A DNA stretch of 62,971 nucleotides, filler included, from Octopus bimaculoides (Eukaryota): the NCBI RefSeq assembly GCF_001194135.2. It is 6 parts of 5 records of this genome, joined end to end, with 100 filler letters (N's around TTAATTAATTAA, not from the genome) between each part and the next. Parts side by side here need not be neighbours in the genome. Positions count along the whole stretch, not along the records: positions 48,802 to 53,778 come from NC_068983.1; positions 53,879 to 62,971 come from NC_068992.1; 4 more parts are not named here. The stretch is one strand, 5' to 3'. The position numbers and the translations under genes are program-made. Position 1 is the first letter of the stretch. Every line of letters begins with the position of its first letter. The notes beneath the pieces are model-generated. The model made no database searches. It was not told the DNA's origin and saw only the letters and a program-made list of their open reading frames with translations. Shown one piece after another: positions 49,480 through 62,971 of this stretch.

Positions 49480-49670
49480 TGAGCACATCGGGCGAAATGC
49501 TTAGCGGTATTTCGCCTATTGCTACGTTCTGAGTTCAAATTCCGCAGAGGTCAACTTTGCCTTTCATCCTTTCAGGGTCGATGCATTAAGTACCAGTGGA
49601 TCTATATAATCGACTAGACCCCTCCCACAAAATTTCAGGCCTGGTGCCTATAGTAGAAAAGATTATTCAG
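49480..49670 (+). mobile_element. SINE family B
   Basis: GGGCGAAATGCTTAGCGGTATTTCG...GAGTTCAAATTCCGC...TAGTAGAAAAG. Confidence 0.75.
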
Positions 49671-50340
49671 TTTTATTTTATGATTTCTTGCCAATAGAGA
49701 AAGAGCCGGTTTTTAACTTAAATCCAAGGCTCCTTTATTAAAATTTCAGCATCAAGATATTTCTGTTTGTTTCTATGTATGTACGTATGTATGTATGTAT
49801 GTAAGATGGATGCAAGATGGATGGATGTAGGTATACGGGCTTGCATGTATGTATGCTAACATGGAAGTATTTATGTGCTAATGTATTTATGCAAGCATTC
49901 ATGCATTTATGTATACGGGTATGTTTGCATAATCCAGTGACATACAGATGTCTGTTTACGATGACATCATTTGTCATTCCATTTATTAAAAGTCCTATGG
50001 CGATGGAAGTGTGATGGTTGTGCTGACCTAACCAGTTGGAATCTCGCAGTAAGTTACAACTTTCAGCTGTCACTTATGCTTCAAACCATGCAGGTCTGCA
50101 ACGGTACTGATTACTCATACGAAAAGTCATGGACGGTAAGTCAAACATGTCTTTGACAATGAAGAAGCACAATGAGATGGCAATCATCTCTGAAGATGGA
50201 GCAACCACCATTGATGTATGCATGCTAATGTATGCATGTGTGTTTGCATGTGTTTATGTATTTACGCATCCATGCATGCATGTTTTATTTCGCATTGTTT
50301 TATTCCTCGGGAGTCTTTCATACAGAGTATGGACTGTATA

Positions 50341-50828
50341 CCGTAAGTCCTCGAGTATAATCCGCATTTTTTCCCCAAAATTTAAAGGTCAAAGTCCCTA
50401 GTGCGTACTATATACGAGGTTAAAAATGAAAAATATTTTCTAAGCAATGTCCGAGTCTCTATTTGCTGTCCGGCAATGTTTATTCTGACGCATTTTGTGA
50501 TGTCAGGCTTGTAACTGATAGTGATAGATTTGTAAAAGCAATTTACTTAATATTTATTTTTCACTGACGTTATTACTGTTATTTCTTTATTTTCTGCAAA
50601 CAAAGTGCACACAAAAGCTACACATTTGCATTATGTTATATATACAATAATAATAAAGGACGTTACCGTATATACGTTTACAAACCAAGGACGTTATATA
50701 GACCTCCTTGACTCAAGTTAGAAAAGGAGTGCGTATTATACACAAGGTTTAGGTTTTTCAGAGGTACAGCCCCCTAAAAATCCCCTGCGTATTATACTCA
50801 AGGGCGGACTATACTCGAGGATTTACGG
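50341..50828. mobile_element. pogo/Tigger-like MITE
   Basis: TIRs CCGTAAGTCCTCGAGTATAATCCGC / GCGGACTATACTCGAGGATTTACGG; TA at the left flank; no ORF. Confidence 0.8.
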
Positions 50829-50974
50829 TTTGCTAACTAAAACCTTGCAGCCTTTCTTAAATTCAGTTGATGTGTTACAGGGAGTAACTGAAATTAGTGT
50901 GATAAACACATCTCCACCACCAGTAAGACAGCCTGTCAGCTTTGTATCTCCAGTTACTGACTTTTTTTGTCTAC

Positions 50975-51258
50975 CAACCTTGTGTCATTCCACATGACTG
51001 TATGGTAAGAAATTTGCTTCGGAACCACGTGGTTCTGTGTTCCGTTCTAATGCGTGACACTTTGGGCAAGTATTTTCTATAGCCAATTAATAACCTGTGT
51101 TCACGTCCATATAACTCAGAGGTTCGGCAAAGGACACTGATAGAATAAGTACCAGGCTTTGAAAAAATTCAGTACTGGGGTCGATTCGTTCGACTAACTT
51201 TCTTTCAACATGGTGCTCCGGCATGGCCGCAGTCTAATGACTGAAGCAAGTAAAATAT
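50975..51258 (+). mobile_element. SINE family A, internally deleted composite
   Basis: Head TGTATGGTAAGAAATTTGCTTC... joined to the tail ...GCATGGCCGCAGTCTAATGACTGAAGC. Confidence 0.65.
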
Positions 51259-51599
51259 AAACGTAAAGCATCCAAGTCACTGAGAATAATAACCGATGGT
51301 GATGGGGGTTCTTTCAGTACGTACCTCTAATTTTAGCTTATTGAAAAACTCGACGAGGTAGTTGACAGTTTATCAGAGATATAAAACTGTGTCAACAGAC
51401 ATGTCGACAAGTTGGAATACATCTCCATGACATTGTTAAATAATTTGTGCCGTGCGATCATCTAAACAGCCTTATTGGTTCGTGTAGAGATGTTAAGTGC
51501 TGCTTTTACACAGACGCATTTGTCATTGTGAAAGTCGTGTTGAGAAAGACTTAATGATTTTAATTCGTTAACTGAAGAAGTTAATTTGTCACTGAAATC

Positions 51600-51810
51600 G
51601 GCGAGCTGGCAGAATCGTTAGCACACCGGGCGAATTGCTTAACGGTATTTCGTTTGTCTTTATGTACTGAGTTCAAATTCCGCCGAGGTAGGCTTTGCTT
51701 TTTATCCTTTCAGGGTCGATAAATTAAGTACAAGTTGCGTACAGGAGTCGATCTAATCGACTGGTCTCCTCCCCCAAAATTTCAGGCCTTGTGTTTAAAA
51801 TAGAAAAAAA
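51600..51810 (+). mobile_element. SINE family B, near full length
   Basis: Starts GGCGAGCTGGCAGAATCGTTAGCACACCGGGCGAA. Confidence 0.8.
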
Positions 51811-52122
51811 GAGTTAATTTGTCGCTGTCAATCATGGGTTTATTCCCATTTTTGACCAGGTACAACAACTCCATCGATTTTCACACATCTTGTCACCAAA
51901 TAAAAGTAACTGAATGTTAATTTAAGTTTATCTAAGTTCACACCTTTGTTTCTTGTTTTAAGTCTCAAACAGCTTCTGATAGACAGGAATTGTCTAAGGA
52001 AAATCTCTATCTAAGACTACTGCTACTCATTCAAAACGACAGTCTGTACCCCCACCTCTTATCTTTAGGCAATCCAATACAAAGCCTCAGAAACAATTTT
52101 ATGGTTCAGAGAGCGTTCACGT

Positions 52123-52350
52123 GGAGGCGCGTGGCTTAGTGGTTAGGGTGTTGGACTCATTCTCGTAAGATTTTAGTTTCGATTCCTGGACCGGGCGACG
52201 TGTTGTGTTCTTGAGCAAAACACTTCATTTCACGTTGCTCCAGTCCACTCAGCTAGCAGAAATGAGTAATCCTGTGACGAACCGGCGTCCCATCCAGTTG
52301 GGGAATTTATCCGCCATAGAAACCGGGAAACAGGCTTTTATGAGTCTGTA
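52123..52350 (+). mobile_element. SINE family C, near full length
   Basis: Starts GGAGGCGCGTGGCTTAGTGGTTAGGGTGTTGGACTC. Confidence 0.8.
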
Positions 52351-53070
52351 TGATGCAGGAAGGATCTGCATCTGTATCCTATCCATGGTATACTCGGCAC
52401 AAATATTACTGAATACAATTTAACTACTTCTGTACACATTGCTCTTTAATGTATTTTTCTATCAATATAGCTTTTCGAACGCAGAACACATTCTGTATTT
52501 TTCTCTTTCACACACACATACACACGCACACACACAGACACATACACTCACGCACACATACACAGACACACATACATGGACATACACACACACACACGCA
52601 CACACACACACACACACAGAGGCACTCACACGTACACACACAGACACATACACCCACACACACACGTATACACAAGCACTCACACGTACACACACAGACA
52701 CAGACACCCACACACACCCACACACACAGACATACACACACATACAGACCTACACACACACACACANNNNNNNNNNNNNNNNNNNNNNNNNNNNNNNNNN
52801 NNNNNNNNNNNNNNNNNNNNNNNNNNNNNNNNNNNNNNNNNNNNNNNCTCCCTATCCCCCCTCTCTCTCTCTCCCTCTTTCTCTCTCTCCCTCTTTCTCT
52901 CTCTTTCCCTTTCGCTTTAACTATTTATTTGTCTGTGAATGAGACTGTGTCTCGCTGTTGCTAGCTGACATAAAAATTAACTAACCTGAGTCGTAAACAA
53001 AGACACAGTCGCACGAACACAAATATATGATACATACATACATACATACATACATACATACATACATACA

Positions 53071-53105
<35 letters not shown>

Positions 53106-53243
53106 GCCTGTATGTATGTATTACATATTTAAATTCACAACATTTCAAATACATTCAACTATTTATAAGTTACACCACGTATATACATATATAATCTATA
53201 ATTTAGAATAATAGATAATGTACTATGTATGTATGTATGTATG

Positions 53244-53278
<35 letters not shown>

Positions 53279-53886
53279 CTAATAAAATTGGTAGTATATA
53301 ATGGTTGCTAAACGATATACAGGGTCCCTACCAGCAATTAATAGGTACGTACCCAGTTGCCAGGAATATGTTGATATGAGGTTGATATGTAAATTGGTCT
53401 AACCGATATTGTTACACCGCTAGACATACTTAAGTAATGTGTTCGTGTATCATTAATGGGTTGGATGTGGTGCTGAGGAAAGTGCAATAACTCACGAAAT
53501 ATGTATATACACTCATTACCTACTTTTCTATCATCATCGATCGCATTTTTTACATAGACGTAATCGTATACAAAACTTTGTAACTCTCAGCGCTGACTCC
53601 AAATTATATAGATACTGTATTGACTTATAAACCTTTAATATACTTGGTAGTTGACTAAACGGAATATGATGTCCCTACAGCGTGGGCAAATGTCTATTAT
53701 AGCGCCAGTCTCCACGAATACTTGTGAGATAATTTGTTAGTTGGAAAAGAAAGGAAACCTGTTCATATATGTATATATNNNNNNNNNNNNNNNNNNNNNN
53801 NNNNNNNNNNNNNNNNNNNNNNTTAATTAATTAANNNNNNNNNNNNNNNNNNNNNNNNNNNNNNNNNNNNNNNNNNNNTATATATA

Positions 53887-54749
53887 CACGGTGCGGTGAA
53901 TATATTATCCAAATCACGCAAAAATGAAAATAACACTGACATCTCATTTAATCAGCTATATTTACCAAAACTACATAAAAATATCTTGAAATGCTAAAGA
54001 GTAAATTCATTCAATAAAATCGTCATTGTCTTCAACCACGGCCTCCAGACGACTTCGGAATCTTCTGCAACTTTTCTGGACAGTTTCCTTGTTTAAGTTG
54101 GTGAATGCTGCCATAATCCTTGCCCTCATTTCATCTTTGGTGTTACAAGGAGTTTTATTGGTCTCTCGCTCAACTATGCCCCATACATAATAATGAAGGG
54201 GGTTGTGGTGTGGAGAGTTAAGTGGCCAGATGTTAAAGGTGATGTGGTTGCAGAAATTGTCTGGCAGCCATGACTGAGTTCTCCTGCTTGTGTGGCTTGG
54301 TGCAGAGTACTGTTGCCAGACATAAGTTCTTCCAGCAGTCACCTTCTTCACCCAGGGCAGCACTACCCGCTTCCAGGCACTTGATGTAGGCCTCCGTGTT
54401 GAGTCTGAGGCCGTGTGAGAAGATGAATGGAGGCACAACGTTGCCATCACTAGTGATCATTTCAAACACCATGATGTTGATTGGTTGTTTGATTTTTATA
54501 ACTCTCGGTACATGTACTCAGATTGACACCCAAACACTTTGAAATATTCGTATTAGAACTTCCGGTGAGAATGCCAAGCAGTACAGCATGTCGTTTCCAA
54601 TTTTCTAGCAGAGTGAATTGCGTCACGGTGCTGTTTTTCTCACAGACGGTGCCCAACTGACTCTACTCTACTATGTAGTCGACAAAATAAAAAACAAAAT
54701 GCGCGAAATTAGTAAAATAAAATGGTAACAATTTACCCATCGCACCCAG
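53887..54749 (-). mobile_element. Tc1/mariner-superfamily element, maT/DD37D-type, inactive
   Basis: WQQ[Y]SAPSH...WPLNSPHHNPL[H]Y with 37 residues between the two positions normally Asp (both mutated); imperfect TIRs (right CAATTTACCCATCGCACCCAG) flanked by TA. Confidence 0.85.
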
Positions 54750-54774
54750 TACATACATACATACATGTGTGTGT

Positions 54775-54940
54775 GTGACAACCTTGATAACCAGCGTTGG
54801 TGAGTTTTCGCCCCTAGAACTTAGGGGTTCGGCAAAATGACCGATAGAATAAGTACTGGAATCAACTCGCTCGACTAAAATTCTTCAAGGCGATGCCCCA
54901 GCATAGCCGTCGTTCAATGACTGTAACAAGTAAAAGAATA
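54775..54940 (+). mobile_element. SINE family A, 3-prime half
   Basis: GGTTCGGCAAAATGACCGATAGAATAAGTACT...CAGCATAGCCG. Confidence 0.65.
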
Positions 54941-55061
54941 GAGCTGCTAAGCATTTTGTCCAACACGCTAATGATTTTGCCAGCGCACCGCCTTTACCAT
55001 ATTATGCCAATGTCACACACTGTTATCAACGGGTATTATGATCAAGAAAGGAAGCTTTTTG

Positions 55062-55279
55062 TCCATTTAGCATTCAGATCACTCTGTCAAAAGTAATGTG
55101 TATTTATTCTCATTGTTTTGAATTAACCATCCGTTATCTCATAGCTTTGAGATTTTGATATGATTGTATATTTTTAGGATGATACTGTATGACAGGTGTG
55201 AAATACTAGATCCGGCCAGTTTGAACATAAAACAGGTAGAATGTTTGGGCCAGCTATGGCTGGTTTAAATACTAAAGGG
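55062..55279. mobile_element. piggyBac-like MITE, decayed
   Basis: Ends TCCATTTAGCATT / AATACTAAAGGG are near-inverted (CCCTTTAGCATT-type). Confidence 0.45.
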
Positions 55280-55837
55280 CTAGGTTTTAGCTTAACCTGG
55301 TAGAAATAGCTGCCAAATATCCTACAAATCACTCCACAAACATGTGTGCTCTTAACATAATTCTCAGGCAGGATGAATATAGCATAGTGTGTGGTTTACG
55401 CTGGACGTAGTTGGGTTGTTCTTGGATACTATGATTAGAGCGGATCTTTGAATTACAGATAAATCCACCTGGCAGATTTTCACACAATTTCCATTACCCA
55501 GAATAACACAAAAATATTGGTGGACTCGATGCTATAGCAAGAGGCATTTGTTCATGTCACATTGTGAATAGAACCTGCGCTGCGACGTTGTTATTACAGA
55601 GTGAAATACTGAATTACTCGGCTCTCTTGCACGACGAGCTAGAAATAACAGCCAAATCCCTCTCTCTCTTTCTCTCCCCCCTCTCTCAAAAATTAAAATC
55701 TACCACTTAAAAAGTGAACACATTGAGTAATGTGATCGTGGATTCACTGCACACATGAGCAAGAAACTGTATTGTAACTGCTTGTATATATATCTTTCAT
55801 CATAAGGATATTCAAGGTAGGTTGAACTGAGATTAAA

Positions 55838-55878
<41 letters not shown>

Positions 55879-56311
55879 CCAATTTTAACGTCGTCGTCGT
55901 TGTCAAGGTATCTAATTTAACGTTCTCAATATATTTTCCAGAAGTTGTTCAGAGGCCTTTTGAGATTTTCATCCAACTTACATATATAGTGCAAATTATA
56001 TAAATTTTTCCTGAAAAATGTAGCTGTCTTAAAAACTGACAGTAATTTCTGTATTCTACACTACTTACACAAATGATCTCTATCAATCAAAATAAGCAAC
56101 AGGATATCAAGTAGTAATGCAGTACGACTGTTTCAAGCGACTCCATTTAATTGAACAATTCAATCATTACATCAATTCAAATGTAGTGCTACCTTCAGCT
56201 GCACAAATAAATAAATGGAATTTTAACAAGTAGGTCACATTAATATAATTTTTCTTAAATATTTTAACAGATATAAGTACACATACGTACGTATATGGAT
56301 GTATGTAAATG

Positions 56312-56354
<43 letters not shown>

Positions 56355-56459
56355 ATATATATATANNNNNNNNNNNNNNNNNNNNNNNNNNNNNNCATAC
56401 ATTTATACAAACACACTCTCTCACGCGCGCACATATGGTTGTTGTTGTTGTTGTTGTTG

Positions 56460-56826
56460 GCACTCCGTCGCTTACGACGTCGAGGGTTCCAGTTGATCCG
56501 ATCAACGGAACAGCCTGCTCGTGAAATTAACGTGCAAGTGGCTGAGCACTCCACAGACACGTGTACCCGTAACGTAGTTCTCGGGGATATTCAGCGTGAC
56601 AAGGCTGACCCTTTGAATTACAGGCACCACAGAAACAGGAAGTTGGAGTGAGAGAAAGTTGTGGTGAAAGTGTACAGCAGGGTTCACCACCATCCCCTGC
56701 TGGAGCCTCGTAGAGCTCTTAGGTGTTTTCGCTCAATAAACACTCACAACGCTCGGTCTGGGAATCGAAACCGCGATCCTATGACTGCGAGTCCACTGCC
56801 CTAACTACTGGGCTATTGTGCCTCCT
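56460..56826 (-). mobile_element. SINE family D, near full length
   Basis: Head matches 24207; body matches the 5900-6050 tail. Confidence 0.8.
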
Positions 56827-57325
56827 ACACATATGGTAATTGCTCCATATTCACAAATAATTGCCGTCCTTGTGCTTCCTCGTTGTCAATGATTTGGTTG
56901 TGCTGTGCTCTCTCTAAAAAAAATAAATAAAAAAGGCTCGCTCAGTCACAATCTCCACCAGAGTTGGCCGTACAACAGAAAAACCCGACAATAATGTTAG
57001 AGTAAGATTCGTATATGCAGATTTGTAGTAGTGTGCTTGCAATTAATTAGGTTAACGTACATCACTATACTTACATCACCATAGGATTTTCAGCAAATGG
57101 AATGACAAATGAGGGAATCATAAAGTGACATCTAAAATTGGATTATAATGATAAACGCTTGCACAACACAAATACCACTCTCTGAGTTTCTGTGATTAAT
57201 ACGTAGTGACAGATCGAAGCGAGATGACCAGTAGTCACGTGAAACTTCAAGTTTTAGATTAGTGTTTCCCTCTTAGAAGGATGCTGTGACAACAGCTAGG
57301 GTTCTTTCACTCCCAGTGGTTTTAC

Positions 57326-57397
<72 letters not shown>

Positions 57398-57776
57398 GTC
57401 TCTCTGTCTGTCTGTCTCTCTGTCTGAACTAAAAGGAGGAGTAGGAGTATAAGGAAAAAAGTTCATTTGAGCCTGTCGGTGACATGATATCAAGTCTGAG
57501 TATGAAACTTTACTCACTCCATTTCTTTGAGAATATGGATTCATAAATATGAAAATATGCCGCACATTGATAAGTGAATGATGGAATGGCCTGTAGTGCC
57601 GAATTGGATGGTGACAGGCTGGTCTGGAATACGTAGGAATAGTAACATGCTTCCAATGTGCTCCCAAAAGTGATCGGCCTGTGTTCTCAATGTAAAGAGA
57701 GCCGGGAATACAGACCACACACAAACACACACACATAAACGTATACGCACGTATGTATACACATATATACATGAAA

Positions 57777-57825
<49 letters not shown>

Positions 57826-58124
57826 NNNNNNNNNNNNNNNNNNNNNNNNNNNNNNNNNNNNNNNNNNNNNNNNNNNNNNNNNNNNNNNNNNNNNNNNNNN
57901 NNNNNNNNNNNNNNNNNNNNNNNNNNNNNNNNNNNNNNNNNNNNNNNNNNNNNNNNNNNNNNNNNNNNNNNNNNNNNNNNNNNNNNNNNNNNNNNNNNNN
58001 NNNNNNNNNNNNNNNNNNNNNNNNNNNNNNNNNNNNNNNNNNNNNNNNNNNNNNNNNNNNNNNNNNNNNNNNNNNNNNNNNNNNNNNNNNNNNNNNNNNN
58101 NNNNNNNNNNNNNNNNNNNNNNNN

Positions 58125-58176
<52 letters not shown>

Positions 58177-58404
58177 GTACACGTATATACATACACATAT
58201 ATATATACGCAGATGCATAGTAAAAAGACGTCAATGTTAACAGTGAAAAACACTTGTGTGATAGAAATGTTATTCCCATGATATCTGAAGCCGTTAAACT
58301 GGCAACAACCAAGGAGACAAGATGGCCAGAGACTACAATATATCGCATGTTTTGTGTCAAACTAAGTTTCTCCCATGTGTGCTTAGATACGAACATATAA
58401 GCAT

Positions 58405-58406
<2 letters not shown>

Positions 58407-58486
<80 letters not shown>
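58407..58486. repeat. (CA)n microsatellite
   Basis: Direct reading. Many similar (CA), (TA), (CATA) and (GATA) arrays occur throughout the window and are not all listed. Confidence 0.95.
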
Positions 58487-58491
<5 letters not shown>

Positions 58492-59042
58492 TACACGGAC
58501 ACACATACACATGCATCTGTATTTGGATGGCCGTTATTTCCCTTGAGTTCAACCCACTGTTTTAACTTCCTGCTGGTTGGTTGTTAAACATATAACTCTC
58601 TGAGGTACACTAAAGTCACACGCTCAGGCATGTGTGCGAATATATGTTTGTATGAATTAGTGTTTGTGTGCATGTATTTTCGTGCGTGTATACACATATA
58701 CCTACAAGTATACAAACATATATACACACATATATATACATTTATATTATATCCATAATTGCCTGCATGCAGATACATACGTACATGCATACACACACAC
58801 ACAATATGTATATATGTTTGTGTGTATCTGTGTGCGTGAGTATAATTCTTGGTATATATATGAGAAGTATATACAAGTTGAATTAATGAAGAATGCTATG
58901 CAGTACATGTATTGCAATTTATTTTCAGTTTATGTGGTTAACTGTTTTGTCTTTCTCTTTCAGACGTGGCTATGTTATAGTGTTTGAAAAGATGCAAGAG
59001 GCCATTCACAGCAAAGAAACACTCGCATAACCTCAACGAGAT

Positions 59043-59136
<94 letters not shown>

Positions 59137-60386
59137 CAAGATAACCTCGATATCAGAAATCATGAACGTAAAGATTGGTGGCGTAAACATAAAGGTTGGT
59201 GGAAAGGTCAACACCACTATTGGATGGAACAAATTTTCTACTGACAAGCAATGCTCAGCTTTATTTTGTCTGTTAGTTATTATCCGAAATGCTACACTTC
59301 TGTTTCATAAAAAAGATCAAAGCCTAGAGCTGCAGAGAAGTGTCGCTACGATCTATTTTGTTATTCCTTGATGAAGTGCGATAGTCCGAAAAGTTAATTG
59401 CTCCTCTATTTTTTTCAACACTTAGCAGTTAGTTACATTATACATCCACTATTTTTTATGCTGATCCCCATTCCTGAAAACTTTTGTACCTATTGCCAAG
59501 CGTTGACAAACATCCCACACGCTGTCCTGTGAAATTAAAGAAACACACACACATAAATACACACACACTTACACACATATATGCATGTTTACACACTCAC
59601 ACACACATACACACACACACATATATGTATGTATATATATATATGTATGTATACATATATATATATATGCAAACAAATGCATGTATGTGTGTATGTATAT
59701 GTGCATGTATACATGTATATACATATATATACATATATATATGTGTACATATATATATATATACATATACACATTTTTCTATAAATATATACATATACGT
59801 GTGTATGTATGTATGCATGTATACATGTATATATATATACATAAATGTATATATGTGTACACACACACACATGTATGTATATACATATGCAAATAAATAT
59901 ACGTAGATACATTTTTTATTTATATTCGGCATAAAATTTAAAGGTCGAATGTAAATATAAATATTAAGTATATATACTCATGTATTGAGTTATAGTTTTC
60001 CCGTTTGCTCTTTCAAACCTACACGCACGCAAACACGCAAGCACACACACATATACCTACATGTACACACACATACACATACATATGTACACACATGTGT
60101 AACTTATATAAATACATGTAAGCACTTTCACTTTTAAATATTTATGAATATGTTCATATATTTATATATCATATCATAACGATATTAATAAGCATATTGC
60201 ATATCATTTCACATACACACATACATACATACATGTATACATGCATATATACATAAATGCATATATACATATATATACATATATATTTATACATATACAT
60301 GTAAATACACATGCAAAGGCACACATACACACGCACACACATGTAAATATGTATATATGTATACATATATGTATGTGTGCTTGTGC

Positions 60387-60422
<36 letters not shown>

Positions 60423-60639
60423 TGCATACTCATATGCAAGTCCACGTATATACGTTATACACGTCAACACTTTTCGAATCTGAGACGCATATTTTGAGTA
60501 GAAAGTTGTACATTGTTTTTGCATTCTGTAGTTATACGCAAATGACCCAGAGATTAGATGGGATTATTTATATTTTACCCTGGGTATAATGTACAGCAAT
60601 GTAGAACGTACAGTATTGAGATTGTTCTCATTTGTTGTT

Positions 60640-60672
<33 letters not shown>

Positions 60673-60879
60673 CTTCTTCTTCTTCTTGCTCTTCTCTCTC
60701 CCTCTCACCCTCTTCCTCCTACTTCTTATTCTCGCTCTGTGACTTTAAGGATTCATCTATACATACATACACAAGCATATATACAGAAAGACAAACGGAC
60801 AAACACACGCATACACGCGCGCACATGCACACATATATATGTATATGTGTATATATATATATATTTATATATTTTTTTT

Positions 60880-61745
60880 ATTTATGTGTTTCAGCCAAGT
60901 GGCTGCGGTCATGCTGGTGAACCACCGTAATTTTCACGTTCCTCGCATGGCTCTTCTCCCCCACCTGACATGGTCCAATCAAGAGTTTTGATGGCACATC
61001 TGGTGTATAAGAGAATTTGACATAGCTGCCCTAAACTGCGTCTCATTACGAGCCATTGGTTCGTCTGGTACCGTGGAGAGGAAAGTGTCANNNNNNNNNN
61101 NNNNNNNNNNNNNNNNNNNNNNNNNNNNNNNNNNNNNNNNNNNNNNNNNNNNNNNNNNNNNNNNNNNNNNNNNNNNNNNNNNNNNNNNNNNNNNNNNNNN
61201 NNNNNNNNNNNNNNNNNNNNNNNNNNNNNNNNNNNNNNNNNNNNNNNNNNNNNNNNNNNNNNNNNNNNNNNNNNNNNNNNNNNNNNNNNNNNNNNNNNNN
61301 NNNNNNNNNNNNNNNNNNNNNNNNNNNNNNNNNNNNNNNNNNNNNNNNNNNNNNNNNNNNNNNNNNNNNNNNNNNTTACATATCTCTCCCGCCTGCGCTC
61401 CAGGGAGTAGAGACCTAGTGCCTTCAGTCGCTCCCTGTAGTTCATCTGTTGGACTGTGGCGTTCTTTTTTGTATAGTGCCGCTGAATTGCCCCGAGTTCT
61501 GCTGTCCGCTTAACACTGTGTGGTGACCACAACTGAGAGCAATAGTCTAGGCGGCTCAGAACAAATGTCTTCCACAGAGTCAACATGACTTTTAGATCCC
61601 TTGTACGGAATGTCCTCAGTATCCACCCTGCCAGTTGTCTGTACTTTGCTGTCAACTTGACAATGTGCATGTGAAATGATGCATCACTACACATGTTGAT
61701 GCCCAGATCTCTTACTGTTTGTGGTTCTGGGATTGCAGTACCTCC
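60880..61745 (-). mobile_element. CR1/L2-type LINE RT C-terminal fragment plus 3-prime UTR
   Basis: VRDLGINMCSDASFHMHI...WILRTFRTRDLKVMLTLWKTFVLSRLDYCSQLWSPH...IQRHYTK...YRERLKALGLYSLERRRERY; 3-prime tail CAGCATGACCGCAGCCACTTGGCTGAAAC(ATAA)n. Confidence 0.9.
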
Positions 61746-61872
61746 AGGGCATATATATATATATTCATATATATACATATATACATATCAAATGGATGTC
61801 TTCTAAAAATAATTCGCACATACAGTAGCAGCCATACAGACAATCCAACACACCTCCATCAACAGCTACCCC

Positions 61873-61966
<94 letters not shown>

Positions 61967-62085
61967 GTGTATGTGTGTATGTACGTATGTATGTATATAT
62001 ATATCTATATCTATATCTATCTATCTATCTATCTANNNNNNNNNNNNNNNNNNNNNNNNNNNNNNNNNNNNATATATATGTGTGT

Positions 62086-62117
<32 letters not shown>

Positions 62118-62929
62118 AAAGGTTGAAAATGCGTCAAATTTTTATATATATTTCCTTGTTTAATTGAAAAAATTTACTTCTTAACATCAGGGCAAAATTT
62201 TTTTTTATCTGTATTTATATGTGTGAAGATAAAAATATGAAAATAAGTTTTTCACTGAATAAATGTTTTCGTATTAAAATATATTGGTGTACGTAATCGT
62301 AAGGTAAGTTTCATATATAAAACACAAGAGAAAATGAGAGAAGGTAAAAAAAGTAGGATCACATGTTACTTCGAGTCTTCTGTATAGAAAAAGGTTTCGT
62401 AGCATACATTTTTGTGAGTGTTACGGATAAAAGAGGTTTTGTAGTATAAGAAAAGAGTAATATTGAACTGAACAAGATCCGGTTTACGTTTATATTCAAC
62501 CTTTTAGAGTTTTGGATAACTTTTTCAGATTTATAACCATATGTGGATTAATGAATAAGTAGGTGTGTCACTTTTACACATGCATACATACATATATATA
62601 TAAATTAAAATAAAGATGGAAAGCAAAACATTTGGCATCATGTGAAAGAAAAATCTAATTTAGATAAATGTTTTTTTAGAGTAATACAAAATGTTTTGCC
62701 TTTTTATTTTATTTTAATTTATATCCATCCGTTCAAGGAGAAATCACTTGAAGCCGCCTTCGATAGGCAGTCTCAATATCACACTTTTCAATTGCAAAAA
62801 CCAAACTAAGTACTCAAAGTACATACATATAACATTACGTCAATTGTATGTATGTGTATGTATGTATGTATGTATGTGTAAACTCGTTGTATGTATGTGT
62901 GTATGTATGTATGTATGTATGTGTGTATG

Positions 62930-62971
<42 letters not shown>

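Noticed and set aside
57518-57685. Minus-strand exon candidate with GTGAGT donor
   Set aside because: The alternative frame (LRIPDQPV...HSII) resembles a decayed LINE C-terminus, and the peptide is not recognisable; ambiguous.

Overview
Gappy, AT-rich, microsatellite-saturated eukaryotic scaffold. The SINE families and repeat landscape look like an octopus/cephalopod genome (inference, no search run). Most ORFs in the supplied track are microsatellite or N-gap artefacts. Supportable content: (1) one real protein-coding locus, a minus-strand, apparently intron-free block of about 5.4 kb (30266-35665). It encodes a coiled-coil-like segment followed by about 6 tandem NHL-like beta-propellers (about 1,800 aa if joined). 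The ORF track splits it into three ORFs at a 936-N gap and at a G13 homopolymer frameshift. (2) A histone H4 N-terminal fragment (36 codons, missed by the ORF track) 2.4 kb upstream on the same strand. (3) A YY1-motif promoter-like island at 41.7-41.9 kb. (4) Penelope-like retroelement remnants and at least ten hammerhead-ribozyme or hammerhead-like motifs, two pairs of them in inverted arrangements. (5) Fragments of CR1/L2-type, R4/Dong-type, RTE-type and possibly Tx1-type LINEs, four tRNA-derived SINE families, and hAT, maT (DD37D), pogo-like and piggyBac-like DNA elements. The best leads are the multi-propeller gene with its slippery G-run, the H4-tail fragment that may be spliced into or captured near it, and the ribozyme-bearing inverted repeats.
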